DNA of 29,824 nucleotides from contig JBFRWD010000159.1 in NCBI GenBank assembly GCA_051439425.1, positions 1 to 29,824 of the forward strand. Direction: 5' to 3'. Position numbers and translations under genes: made by a program. Shown here piece by piece: positions 18,242 to 27,599 of this stretch. Position 1 is the stretch's first letter. The number at the start of each line of letters is the position of its first letter. Origin of the DNA: Synechococcus sp. (GTDB lineage: Bacteria > Cyanobacteriota > Cyanobacteriia > Thermostichales > PCC-7336). Under the pieces are notes generated by a model that searched no databases, was not told the origin of the DNA, and was given only the letters and a program-made list of their open reading frames with translations.

Positions 18242-18397
18242 GAAACGCGAGTATGCTTGGGTGACAGGTGCACGACAGTAGTAGCCACTTCGCCCAGGAC
18301 ATGTCTGCAATGGCTCCTCCGATGGGGCACGCAATGTTCGCGCTGATGTGGCCAAGACTTCAACCGCACCATTGCTCACTGACGCTTAGAGTGGGAC

Positions 18398-19714
18398 ATG
18401 GCATTGAACGATAGACAACTGCAGGCTCTCAAAACCCGCGTTCACCAGCAGGCTCAAGCTTTGGCAGATTCGGAGGCGCTGGCCATGCAGAACATGCAAT
18501 ATGCTGCCGAATTGGAACAGCAACTGAATAGTTGCCAAGTCATGCTGGCGAGTAAAGAGGCGATTGCTGCCGAAGTTGAATCACTCAAAGCTCAGCTTGC
18601 AGGTAGCCAGCAGCAAGGGCACCAGGTGGAGCATTTGGAAGAGCAATTACAGCAGCTTGCTGCCGATCGTGTCCATCTGCAGCAAGAGGGCGATCATCTC
18701 CAGCAAGAACTCGATATAGCCCTACAGCGATGCCAGCAACTTGAGGCATCCGCCACTAAAGTTGCCAAGCTGCAAAGCATTGCCGCTACCTTGCGAGACG
18801 AGCGGGATGAGCTGGTACAGCGGTTGGAACAGGCTAAGTCCTCTGTGACTGCGGCCCAGAGCCAGGCCGATGCAGTGCAGCAGCTTCAACAGCAGGTTCA
18901 TAAGGTGGCAGAAGAGCGTGATGTGTTGGCTCGCCGCCTAGAGCAAACCCAAGCAGACTTTTTGGCTGGCTTGGAAGGGGAGCCCTCCGAGCAATTGAAA
19001 GAAGCTCAGCGCCGCCAGGAGGTTGCAGAAGCCCATCACTACGTTCTTAAACGCCAGTACGAGTCTCTGCAAGAACGGGTGAAAGAACTGGAGCAAGAAT
19101 GTGCTCAAGCCCACTCCCATTCGCAAGACTGCGATCGCGATATGGCAGAGATGGAGCGCACCAAGCTGGATCTGGAGGATCGCATTGACCAACTGCAGGC
19201 TCACAATCAAACCCTGCAAGCCCGGTTCGATACCTTACAGTCCAACACAGTGCAGCCCAGCCTGGCTCAACCCAGTCACATGCATGAGGCCTCACTTCCT
19301 TCCATGGCCAATGCTGGTGAGGCACCGGACAATACCAAGCAGGTGCTTCAACAAGAACTGGCAGCTTTACGGGCTGAGAATCAAGCGTTGCAAGAGCAGC
19401 TGGATGGCCAGCAGCCCCCACCTCAACAGACTTTTGAACGCTCAACCATTCAATCGCCCCTGCCGCCGGAACTGTTTCCTCATCAAGGGCGGGCTGCACA
19501 ATATAGTGCCCCTCAAGACTCGCTACTGCCGTCGATTCCACCTCTGGATCTCACAATCCGTCCAGCAAATGGAGAGCGCAAGTTCGATCGCCGCGTCTTG
19601 AATTTGGCGGCTGCATCGGCAGAGTCGATCTCGGTGCCCGAAATGGAGATCGATGACACCATCCGCCCCAGGATACGGGAAGTCAACCTACCGTCCTTTG
19701 TTAGCAGTCGCTAG
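18398..19714 (+). CDS. Long coiled-coil hypothetical protein with a Pro/Gln-rich tail
   Basis: About 290 aa of Q/E/L/A-rich heptad-like sequence followed by a low-complexity region; 438-aa ATG ORF. Confidence 0.85.
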   Translation: MALNDRQLQALKTRVHQQAQALADSEALAMQNMQYAAELEQQLNSCQVMLASKEAIAAEVESLKAQLAGSQQQGHQVEHLEEQLQQLAADRVHLQQEGDHLQQELDIALQRCQQLEASATKVAKLQSIAATLRDERDELVQRLEQAKSSVTAAQSQADAVQQLQQQVHKVAEERDVLARRLEQTQADFLAGLEGEPSEQLKEAQRRQEVAEAHHYVLKRQYESLQERVKELEQECAQAHSHSQDCDRDMAEMERTKLDLEDRIDQLQAHNQTLQARFDTLQSNTVQPSLAQPSHMHEASLPSMANAGEAPDNTKQVLQQELAALRAENQALQEQLDGQQPPPQQTFERSTIQSPLPPELFPHQGRAAQYSAPQDSLLPSIPPLDLTIRPANGERKFDRRVLNLAAASAESISVPEMEIDDTIRPRIREVNLPSFVSSR

Positions 19715-20029
19715 ATTGTGGGGCCGCGTGCGGTCTCGGGCCGACACAATAGACTCCAGCCCTCATGAAACGGAAACGTGGGCTTAAGAGATTTGGGTTG
19801 ATGGCTATCTCTGGCGAGCCTAATCCTGTATCGGTGTCAGTGCGATCGGAAATGGCTCGCTCTCAGGCTGCCTGCAATTAACAGGCTGGCTACGTAACGA
19901 ATGGGCTGCGATCGCATCTCTTCATGGCAAGCCTGACAAACCACTTGCTGTGTAAAGTGATTCTCGGGCGCTTGCAGCAGTTTGGCTCGTTCAATCATTC
20001 AACGCATTCGATCGTGGTGAGGCATAGTC

Positions 20030-21316
20030 GTGAATCGACCCATCGCAGTAGACCTGTTTGCCGGGGCAGGGGGGATGACGCTGGGGTTCGAGCAGGCAGG
20101 CTTCGATGTGTTGGCGGCGGTGGAAATCGATCCGGTCCACTGCGCCGTCCATGAATTTAATTTCCCCTTCTGGCGGATTTTTTGCCGTAGCGCCACCGAA
20201 ATCTCGGGGGCAGAAATTCGGCGACTGTCTCCCATTGAAGATCGCACAATTGACGTTGTGTTTGGAGGACCACCTTGTCAGGGTTGCTCGACGATGGGCA
20301 AGCGGGCGTTGGACGATCCCCGCAACGATCTGATGCGTCACTTTATGCGTCTGGTATTGGAGCTGCAGCCCCGCTACTTTGTGATGGAAAATGTGCGCGG
20401 GTTGACGATTGGGGCTCATCGGCAATTGCTGCAAGAGCTCATCCAGTCGTTTGGGGAGAGTGGCTATCGCGTTGTGACTGAGTACAAAGTACTCAACGCC
20501 GCTCACTATGGTGTGCCGCAAGATCGCCAGCGATTGTTTCTGTTGGGGTGTCGTAGCGATTTACCGCTACCTAGCTATCCACTTCCCATAACGCAACCGG
20601 TACGTCCATTGCATAATGCAGAAGAGGTTGCTGCCGATCGTCCGTTTGGACCGACAGTGACGGATGCTATCGCCGACCTACCTCCTATTGAGGGGTATGA
20701 CGAGCTGTTGCAGCAAGATTGGCTTGATGTAGACCTGGCTGCACAGGCCAGCGAATATGCCCAACTGCTCAGGGGCGATCGCCGCTCTCCTGCCGATTAT
20801 TCTTATCCCCGGCAAACCCCAGCTCATCCCCTCACCTGTAGCGGACGAACCCGCCACAGCACCGCTACCATCCAGAGATTTCGCCGCACAGAGCTGGGGA
20901 CGGTCGATCGCGTCAGCCGCTTTCTCAAATTGCACCCCGATGGCTTGTGCAATACCTTGAGGGCCGGCACTCCCAGTAGTCGTGGCGCCTTTACCTCCCC
21001 TCGTCCCATCCACCCTGTGGAGCCCCGTTGCATCACCGTGCGCGAAGCGGCTCGCCTGCATTCCTATCCCGATTGGTTCCGATTCCACAGCACCAAGTGG
21101 CACGGGTTTCGCCAAATTGGTAACTCGGTTCCTCCCTGGTTAGCACGGGCCGTTGCCGGTCAAATTATTCTGGCACTTGGGGTGACGCCCAAACGGCCTC
21201 GCCGCATTCAACCTCAAGGGGAACAGATGCTACTGCACCTCAAAATGACGAAGGCTGCAGCCCTCTACAACGTCAACAAGCACACCATTGCCCCCCGTCA
21301 GCGAGTGCCTGTGTAG
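20030..21316 (+). CDS. Orphan DNA (cytosine-5)-methyltransferase, possibly the CGATCG-specific DmtC / M.Ssp6803I type
   Basis: Motif I DLFAGAGG, IV GGPPCQG, VI ENV, VIII Q.RQR, IX REAARLH and X QIGNSVP. No restriction enzyme gene is adjacent. The specificity is inference. Confidence 0.9.
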   Translation: MNRPIAVDLFAGAGGMTLGFEQAGFDVLAAVEIDPVHCAVHEFNFPFWRIFCRSATEISGAEIRRLSPIEDRTIDVVFGGPPCQGCSTMGKRALDDPRNDLMRHFMRLVLELQPRYFVMENVRGLTIGAHRQLLQELIQSFGESGYRVVTEYKVLNAAHYGVPQDRQRLFLLGCRSDLPLPSYPLPITQPVRPLHNAEEVAADRPFGPTVTDAIADLPPIEGYDELLQQDWLDVDLAAQASEYAQLLRGDRRSPADYSYPRQTPAHPLTCSGRTRHSTATIQRFRRTELGTVDRVSRFLKLHPDGLCNTLRAGTPSSRGAFTSPRPIHPVEPRCITVREAARLHSYPDWFRFHSTKWHGFRQIGNSVPPWLARAVAGQIILALGVTPKRPRRIQPQGEQMLLHLKMTKAAALYNVNKHTIAPRQRVPV

Positions 21317-21345
21317 GGGTTGGTCTGGCTTGCGTCGAACGTGGC

Positions 21346-23586
21346 TTACTGAGACGCTAAAATCGTGGCGAACCCTGTGTTGGGAGCCGCTAGAACGTAT
21401 ACGGTAGTGGGTAAATCCTGTGCGAGCTGTTCTAGTTTCTGGTAGTGCTCGACAAAGGTTTCGGTGTCTTCAGGGCGAGCCATCCCGAGAAATACGAGAT
21501 CGGTCTGGCGAGACGCGTGAGTCAGAATGGTGCCGAAAGAGCGCTCCCCCGATTCAATGACGACAGTCTTGGTTCGTTTCAGGCGTAAATCGTTAACCAG
21601 CCGGGCGATGTTGGTTTGAGCGGCTTGGGCGGCATTAGCGTCGGGCACTGCTAATTTGATGGCAATTGTGGCGTTCCGCCATTGCAGGTTATTGCGCAGC
21701 AAATCGGCCAGTAGCAACATGAGTGCGCCGTTTCCTTGTAAGCCGCGCCACCACACATCAATTCGCCGCCGCCGCCCGAACCCAGTGATGGGATTGTCCT
21801 TCAAAATAGCGATGCTACGTCCGGCATCATGGATATCTTTGACCAGTTGGCAGTAGTTCGATAGACGCTCTCCATCACCGCTGGCGCCCATGACAACCAT
21901 ATTGGGGATCAGCGGTCCCAGACCGTACGTTTCCACCAACTGTCGAGCCCCATTAAACGGGTCGGCTGCGGCAATGACTCGCACAAGTGCCTGCACCCCC
22001 CGCCTATCTAGATAGTCGCGGATGGTGGATTCCATGCTGTTTTTTTGGATGCCGTCTCTGGAGCCACTCGGCAGGATGCTGGCGATTGTGATTAGCCCCC
22101 GGTTGTTCACCAAGCCGTCCGCAAACTCCACCAATCCCCAGCGCTTTTGAGGTGCGCCTGTCAGGGCTAAAACGTGGGGGCGCCAGTTGCGGGGATCGGC
22201 ATCGGAAGTGGGATCGAGCTGAAAAATGCCTTCACGCAACAGAGTTAAACGCAAGCCCGTGCGCACGTCTCCCCAGGTGGCAATTAGCGATCGCTGCTGC
22301 AGCCAGAAGAAGATGACCAGCACAACCACTGCCGCAACTACTGTGGCTAACGCATTGATTAGAAACATAACCACAATGCATCCGGCAGCCCCCAACAAGG
22401 ACAACCACCAGGCCACGGGGAACGTTGGCCGAAAGGATGGACTTTGAACGAAACTCTCGATCCCGGCTGCAATGTTCAGCACCAGATAGGTGGTGAGAAA
22501 GAACATCGTCAACACTGGGGCGATGAAATTCAAATCTCCGATCGCAACTGCAGCTAGTGCGACCCCGAGCGTCACCATTGTGCCAATGCGAGGTTCATCA
22601 TTCGGGCCGTTCCCCGATCCCAAGACCCGCATCCAGCGAGGCAACACTCCATCTCTGGCCAGAGCCTGCAACACGCGTGGGGCTCCCAAAATGCTTCCGA
22701 TCGCGCTGGACAACGTCGCCCCCCAAACTCCTAACAGAATGGCTGGCCCCCAGAGGGAAATGCGTTGCATAATCAATGGCTCGGCAATCAGCGTCTGCGC
22801 ATCCACCCGACTAGCCAAAATCACCGGCACAATCAAATAGATGGCGAAGCCCGTTCCTACAGCAGCCAGTGTCCCGATCGGTAGCGATTTGGTCGGGTCT
22901 TTCAGGTCTCCCGACAGATTCACCCCCGCCATAATGCCGGTGACAGCCGGAAAGAAAACCGCAAACACTTGCCAGAACGACTCGGGCTCCGTTGCCACAG
23001 GTACCGCTGCTTCTGCAGGATCGAGGGTGGGGCCGAAGACCAGGCAGATGAGGGACAGAGCGATCGCCGCCATGATGACATATTGCGTTTTGATGGCGGC
23101 ATTGGCAGAGGTGAAGGCCACCACGGCCACTAACAGCGTCGTAATGATGGCCACAAGACCGCGATCGAGATTGCCGAATGCCAGAGTTAAACTTTCAGCA
23201 AAACCGATCGTATACAGAGCCACCGACAGCGCTTGGGCAAAAAAGAGTGGAATACCCACTGCCCCTCCGGTTTCAATCCCGAGGGAGCGGCTAATCATGT
23301 AATAAGCCCCCCCCACCCGTACGACGCGATCGGTGGCGATGGCGCAGACGGATAGCGAGGTCAAAAAGGTAATTGAGGTGGAGAGGGTGACAATTACTAG
23401 CGTCCCCAGCAAGCCCACATTGCCCACCACCCAGCCAAATCGGAGGTACATAATGACCCCCAGAATTGTCAGGACAGATGGAGTGTAGACTCCACCAAAC
23501 GTGCCGAGCCCCGGTTTGCTGTCAGGAGGCTCGCTCCCGGAGCCATTGCCTTGAGCAGAGTTCAAGTTGGGAAGCGGTAGTTTCAT
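21346..23586 (-). CDS. Cation-chloride cotransporter (SLC12/NKCC-like) amino-acid-permease superfamily protein
   Basis: LGTFGGVY.P.VL.ILGVIMYLRFGWVVG, GGAYYMISRSLG, FFPAVTGIMAG.NLSGDL and C-terminal NWRP / IDVWW motifs. ATG 23586; alternative TTG 23610. Confidence 0.9.
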   Translation of the reverse strand: MKLPLPNLNSAQGNGSGSEPPDSKPGLGTFGGVYTPSVLTILGVIMYLRFGWVVGNVGLLGTLVIVTLSTSITFLTSLSVCAIATDRVVRVGGAYYMISRSLGIETGGAVGIPLFFAQALSVALYTIGFAESLTLAFGNLDRGLVAIITTLLVAVVAFTSANAAIKTQYVIMAAIALSLICLVFGPTLDPAEAAVPVATEPESFWQVFAVFFPAVTGIMAGVNLSGDLKDPTKSLPIGTLAAVGTGFAIYLIVPVILASRVDAQTLIAEPLIMQRISLWGPAILLGVWGATLSSAIGSILGAPRVLQALARDGVLPRWMRVLGSGNGPNDEPRIGTMVTLGVALAAVAIGDLNFIAPVLTMFFLTTYLVLNIAAGIESFVQSPSFRPTFPVAWWLSLLGAAGCIVVMFLINALATVVAAVVVLVIFFWLQQRSLIATWGDVRTGLRLTLLREGIFQLDPTSDADPRNWRPHVLALTGAPQKRWGLVEFADGLVNNRGLITIASILPSGSRDGIQKNSMESTIRDYLDRRGVQALVRVIAAADPFNGARQLVETYGLGPLIPNMVVMGASGDGERLSNYCQLVKDIHDAGRSIAILKDNPITGFGRRRRIDVWWRGLQGNGALMLLLADLLRNNLQWRNATIAIKLAVPDANAAQAAQTNIARLVNDLRLKRTKTVVIESGERSFGTILTHASRQTDLVFLGMARPEDTETFVEHYQKLEQLAQDLPTTVYVLAAPNTGFATILASQ

Positions 23587-24076
23587 GTACGAATGTTTCG
23601 TGGAGAGCAACTATCATTGGCAGAAAGGGCTCCTGCTGCCAGCTACCATATAGCGGCTGTTCGCTGGCAAAGCAAATTATTTCAAGGACAACAGAATCTG
23701 CCTAGTTGCAAACCGCCGTTACTCCATGCGTCCTGTGTTCCAATCGGTCGTATAGTCGTCCTTCGTCGAGCACCCGTTTGACTCCTCCTATCGATCTCTT
23801 TCGCTATGCGGAACAACAGTCAGTGAAGCTTTAGCGATATACATGACAAACAGCAGAACCATTGCTCATGTCCGGTTCTGCCATGTTTCCTTCTTTGTGC
23901 TGTTAGTGTTGTTACCATTTGTTTTTTTTCAACGACTTTCCGTGACAGTAGTCTCCATTTAGTAGTTATACTCAGCCCACCCGGTACAAGCGCAATTTCT
24001 TTGGCGGTTGTGAGGTGGTTCCCTACCTGAACCAATGCCCCAGTGTCCTGTGTCCCTGTAAGAAACCACTGTTTTG

Positions 24077-24580
24077 ATGATGAAGACTGCAAATTATGGC
24101 GTGGCGCTTATTCTTGCCTTTGCATTAGCTGCCTGCTCGAAGTCCGTTGCAAGCATTAAGAGTTCGTCTGCCGGCGACGTAATTAGCCATATGACTGCCA
24201 ATGGCATTGGTAGCGGTATGCCCTTCGATGGTTCAGTAGACCAACAGTCCGACCTCGACGATTTAGTCACAACCGCACGGGGCAATGGAGCGGAAGGTTT
24301 GCACCGAGGTCACGGGCCTGTGCGAAATGTGCTGGAGGAGTTTCTCGGTATCGACCACGACGAAATGCACCTGTTGATGGAGGAAGAGGGGTTGAATCTC
24401 GCAGGTGTAAGCCAGCACTTTGGATTCGACCCAGACAATCTCGTCGAGTCATTAACCGCCAGTTTCGTCCCCTTTATTCAAGAAGGAATAGACAACGGCG
24501 TGATTACTGAGGATGAAGCTGTTATTTGGACGGAAGAAGTTCGGACAGGGTTCGAAACCCGCGTGTACTGGGAGGGTTGA
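24077..24580 (+). CDS. Hypothetical acidic lipoprotein
   Basis: Signal peptide with lipobox LAA-C and an acidic helical domain (FLGIDHDEM...GLNLAGV...GIDNGVITEDEA). Confidence 0.75.
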   Translation: MMKTANYGVALILAFALAACSKSVASIKSSSAGDVISHMTANGIGSGMPFDGSVDQQSDLDDLVTTARGNGAEGLHRGHGPVRNVLEEFLGIDHDEMHLLMEEEGLNLAGVSQHFGFDPDNLVESLTASFVPFIQEGIDNGVITEDEAVIWTEEVRTGFETRVYWEG

Positions 24581-24883
24581 TGGCGCTCTGCGACCGAGCC
24601 CGTGTGAGTTTGTTATTCACTGAATATGGTCCATCTGCGTATCAATACAGTGATTTGGAAGACGGCTGGATAGTCATTGCGATTGAACGATCGCTTTGAA
24701 CTGTTAAATATGTTGCCAAGATTAGACGTTTCTGCCCTTCGATCTACGGTTTACCGTGTTTGAGGTCAGGCTTACAGTTCCCTGACCAACGGCTGAAGTA
24801 TTATGGGTCAAACTGCGTAAAAACAGGGCTTGTGACTGCCCGGACGAGCGCAGGCTCTCAACAGTATTCCGTTCGGCCAAGCT

Positions 24884-26188
24884 ATGCTGAAATCGTTGCT
24901 ATCCGATCTAACGTCCCCGTTGCCAGTAGACCAGAGGGGCCGTAGATCCGGTTTCGATCTCGAAACTGCATTTGTGATTTTTTCCCTGGCATTCTATTTT
25001 GAGCCGTTGATCGAGACTGTCTTCGGGCAACAGATTTACAATATAACGACTCAACCGACGTACGTACTGATGTATTTCATCAGTATGCTCTTCTTTTACA
25101 AAAATAGAGACCGCCTAGCTCCATTTATCCGCAATGGCGGCTTGATTTGGGTGATTGTGTTCCTGCCCATTATTTCGACATTGTGGTCGGATTATCCGGT
25201 GGTCACGCTCAGGCGATCGTTTGCCCTCGTGAATAACGGATTGTTTGGCATCTATTTGGGAGCGAGGTACAGCCTGAAAGAGGTGATGTATTTCTTACGA
25301 TATATCTTCATTTTTATCGTTGTACTCTCGTTGATTTGTGCCGTGGTATTTCCCACGGTGGGCTTGATGGGGAATCCCCACCCTGGCGCACTTCGCGGAG
25401 TGTTTACCCACAAGAACTCTGCTGGCGTTCGTCTCGCTTTGGCCGCCGTCGTCTTTCTCATTTCCTACCTCGATCGGTTGGGTAGCAGCCAAGTTGTGAA
25501 CGTTATTTGCTTTGTATTGAGCTGCGGCATGATTGTGGCTAGCCAGTCTACCACTGGTGTAGGCGCGCTGCTGCTGTCGTTTATCGTTCTGCCTTTCCTC
25601 TCTATCCCTCGGGGTCGACTATCCCAGATGCTGCCGGCTATTTTTGGCCTGTTGTTTGTTGCATTTGTTTCCTTGCTACTGCTGGTCAATAACGCCGATA
25701 CTGTGCTTGCTGCGTTTGGCGAAAGTTCAGAACTTACGGGGCGTGCAACCTTTTGGCCGGTTGTGATCGACGGTATTTTTCAACGGTTTTGGATTGGGTA
25801 TGGGTATCAGGCCTTCTGGGCCGGTGGTTTGGATGGACCGGCAGCAATTTTGACTCACCTGGCCACTGTCAACACCAAGTTCCACGCCCACAACGGTTTC
25901 CTAGAGATGATGCTGGGAGTTGGCTTTCTGGGGATGGTTGCGTTCCTGTTAAATCTGTGGACTACCGTCCTCAACTTGCTGATTGGCTTGCGCGACTCCC
26001 GCGGGTTTATTACCTTCTTCCCGATTCTGTTCCTCGTTCAGTTCTTTGCCATGAATATGGTTGAAACGAGTATGTACAGCTTCAACAATATTTCGTGGGT
26101 TTTATATATCTACCTGATAGCGCTTGCTGCTAAATGGGACATGCAACGTCGGGCTCAGAGTCAACTGCAGCGCGTTCCTAGCGTCTGA
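24884..26188 (+). CDS. O-antigen ligase / Wzy_C family membrane protein (ExoQ-like)
   Basis: About 12 transmembrane helices; GVFTHKN, SQSTT, LTGR...W, GYGYQAFW and HAHNGFLEM motifs. Confidence 0.88.
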   Translation: MLKSLLSDLTSPLPVDQRGRRSGFDLETAFVIFSLAFYFEPLIETVFGQQIYNITTQPTYVLMYFISMLFFYKNRDRLAPFIRNGGLIWVIVFLPIISTLWSDYPVVTLRRSFALVNNGLFGIYLGARYSLKEVMYFLRYIFIFIVVLSLICAVVFPTVGLMGNPHPGALRGVFTHKNSAGVRLALAAVVFLISYLDRLGSSQVVNVICFVLSCGMIVASQSTTGVGALLLSFIVLPFLSIPRGRLSQMLPAIFGLLFVAFVSLLLLVNNADTVLAAFGESSELTGRATFWPVVIDGIFQRFWIGYGYQAFWAGGLDGPAAILTHLATVNTKFHAHNGFLEMMLGVGFLGMVAFLLNLWTTVLNLLIGLRDSRGFITFFPILFLVQFFAMNMVETSMYSFNNISWVLYIYLIALAAKWDMQRRAQSQLQRVPSV

Positions 26189-26230
26189 TTTGCGCCCTGC
26201 TTCTACACAGAGGGACAACATAGAACTACT

Positions 26231-26704
26231 CTATTCAGTCACCGAGGTTGGAGCTACCAACTGCCGAGATACTCGCTGTAGCACTTGAAAATCCTCTGCA
26301 TCCAATGCAACGGGCTGCCCGCTGCGAATGAGTTCGGCAAAGTCTTCGTTGGGCACCATGATGCACATGGCGTAGAGCCGCTCTGCTGTGGTGTTTTCAA
26401 TAATGTGTTCCCCAGTAGCGGGTACTAAGAGCGTGTCTCCTGTCTGAAATTCAACGACTTTCCCGTCGCAAGACGCTTGACCTCTGCCTTGCAGGATAAA
26501 AAACATCTCCACCGCGTACTGGTGACGATTGGGAGGTGTTTTGCCGTAAGGGTCGTAGATTTCGATGCAGCAGGTGAACGATACGCGATCGCGGATGGGA
26601 TCGAACACAATGGCCAGCCGGTTGGTGTCGTCCGGGCTAATGCGATAGGCCTGGTAATCTTGGGGATGCTTCAGGCTGGGAATAGCACACGAGTTGGGCA
26701 GCAT
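26231..26704 (-). CDS. Cupin domain protein
   Basis: TPPNRHQYAVEMFFILQGRG...GDTLLVPATGEHIIENT cupin motifs. A GGAGA RBS precedes ATG 26704; the ORF-track start at 26824 overlaps the upstream gene. Confidence 0.85.
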   Translation of the reverse strand: MLPNSCAIPSLKHPQDYQAYRISPDDTNRLAIVFDPIRDRVSFTCCIEIYDPYGKTPPNRHQYAVEMFFILQGRGQASCDGKVVEFQTGDTLLVPATGEHIIENTTAERLYAMCIMVPNEDFAELIRSGQPVALDAEDFQVLQRVSRQLVAPTSVTE

Positions 26705-26795
26705 GGCGAGAAGTCTCCAGAACGCACGTGATGCGTTGTGTTTTGAGGGAAGTTGCCTGTTTGGATGAAACCATTGGTCCAGCTCAGACGTCCGA

Positions 26796-27599
26796 TTATG
26801 GCAGCGATCGAGCTGTGCTGGCACCAGCAGATTGCTGTTTCAATGCATTAATGAGCTGGGGGGAGCTAGTCAGAAAGCCAAAGCATTGGTTGACGTTGTA
26901 GAACGTAGCATCTAGGCAATATTTGGGGGATGTGGTGGCCGTGCAATCTTTGAGCAACAAGCAGTCGTAACCCAAGAAATTGGCATCCTGCAAGGTCACC
27001 ATGACGCATTGATCGGCGTTGACTCCCGCAAACAATAAGGTGGTGCGCCCGAGGTTGCGCAAAATACTGTCTAGCGGAGTATCCCAAAATCCGCTCATGC
27101 GATACTTATTAACTCGAATACCTTCGGATGCCAATGGCTGCAGTTCATCCACGATCGCGGCTGCCCAGCTGTTGACTTGCAAGACAGGCGTTTGATTGCT
27201 AGGGAGTGGGTCCCCCAGTCCGATTCCGCAGCCGGTGGAGTCGTATACGTATCGGGTGGCAGCGCTGATATTGAGTAGATCGGGCCGGTTGCCCCAGTTC
27301 AGCCACACGATGGGGACACCAGAGTCTCGTAATGTGGGCACGAGATTTTGAAGCGGGTCGATGGGTTGGCGGGCAGGAGCAATATCGACTCCAATATGAG
27401 CCAACCAGCCATCAGGGTGGCAAAAGTCATTTTGCATATCCACCACAATTAAGGCCGTCTTGGCCAGATCGAATCGCACGACTTTGCTGTCGGTTTCAAG
27501 CTCAATAGGACGCTGTGGTAGAGATGGACGGGTGATGTCCACAGTGTCTGTGTCTACCCGCCAAGCATTGGGAGGTACCCCGAGGTGTCCGGAAGACAT
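26796..27599 (-). CDS. Cysteine hydrolase (isochorismatase / RutB superfamily)
   Basis: Asp-Lys-Cys triad in VDMQNDF, NKYRMSGFW and GVNADQCV. ATG 27599; alternative 27605. Confidence 0.88.
   Translation of the reverse strand: MSSGHLGVPPNAWRVDTDTVDITRPSLPQRPIELETDSKVVRFDLAKTALIVVDMQNDFCHPDGWLAHIGVDIAPARQPIDPLQNLVPTLRDSGVPIVWLNWGNRPDLLNISAATRYVYDSTGCGIGLGDPLPSNQTPVLQVNSWAAAIVDELQPLASEGIRVNKYRMSGFWDTPLDSILRNLGRTTLLFAGVNADQCVMVTLQDANFLGYDCLLLKDCTATTSPKYCLDATFYNVNQCFGFLTSSPQLINALKQQSAGASTARSLP

Noticed and set aside
23843..23962. 39-aa hydrophobic ORF (MTNSRTIAHVRFCHVSFFVLLVLLPFVFFQRLSVTVVSI), type I toxin-like
   Set aside because: There is no RBS or antisense terminator, and T-rich intergenic DNA yields hydrophobic peptides by chance.
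23100..26500. Local absence of HIP1 as evidence of horizontal transfer
   Set aside because: Only about two copies are expected in this length and similar gaps occur over core genes, so the absence is not significant.
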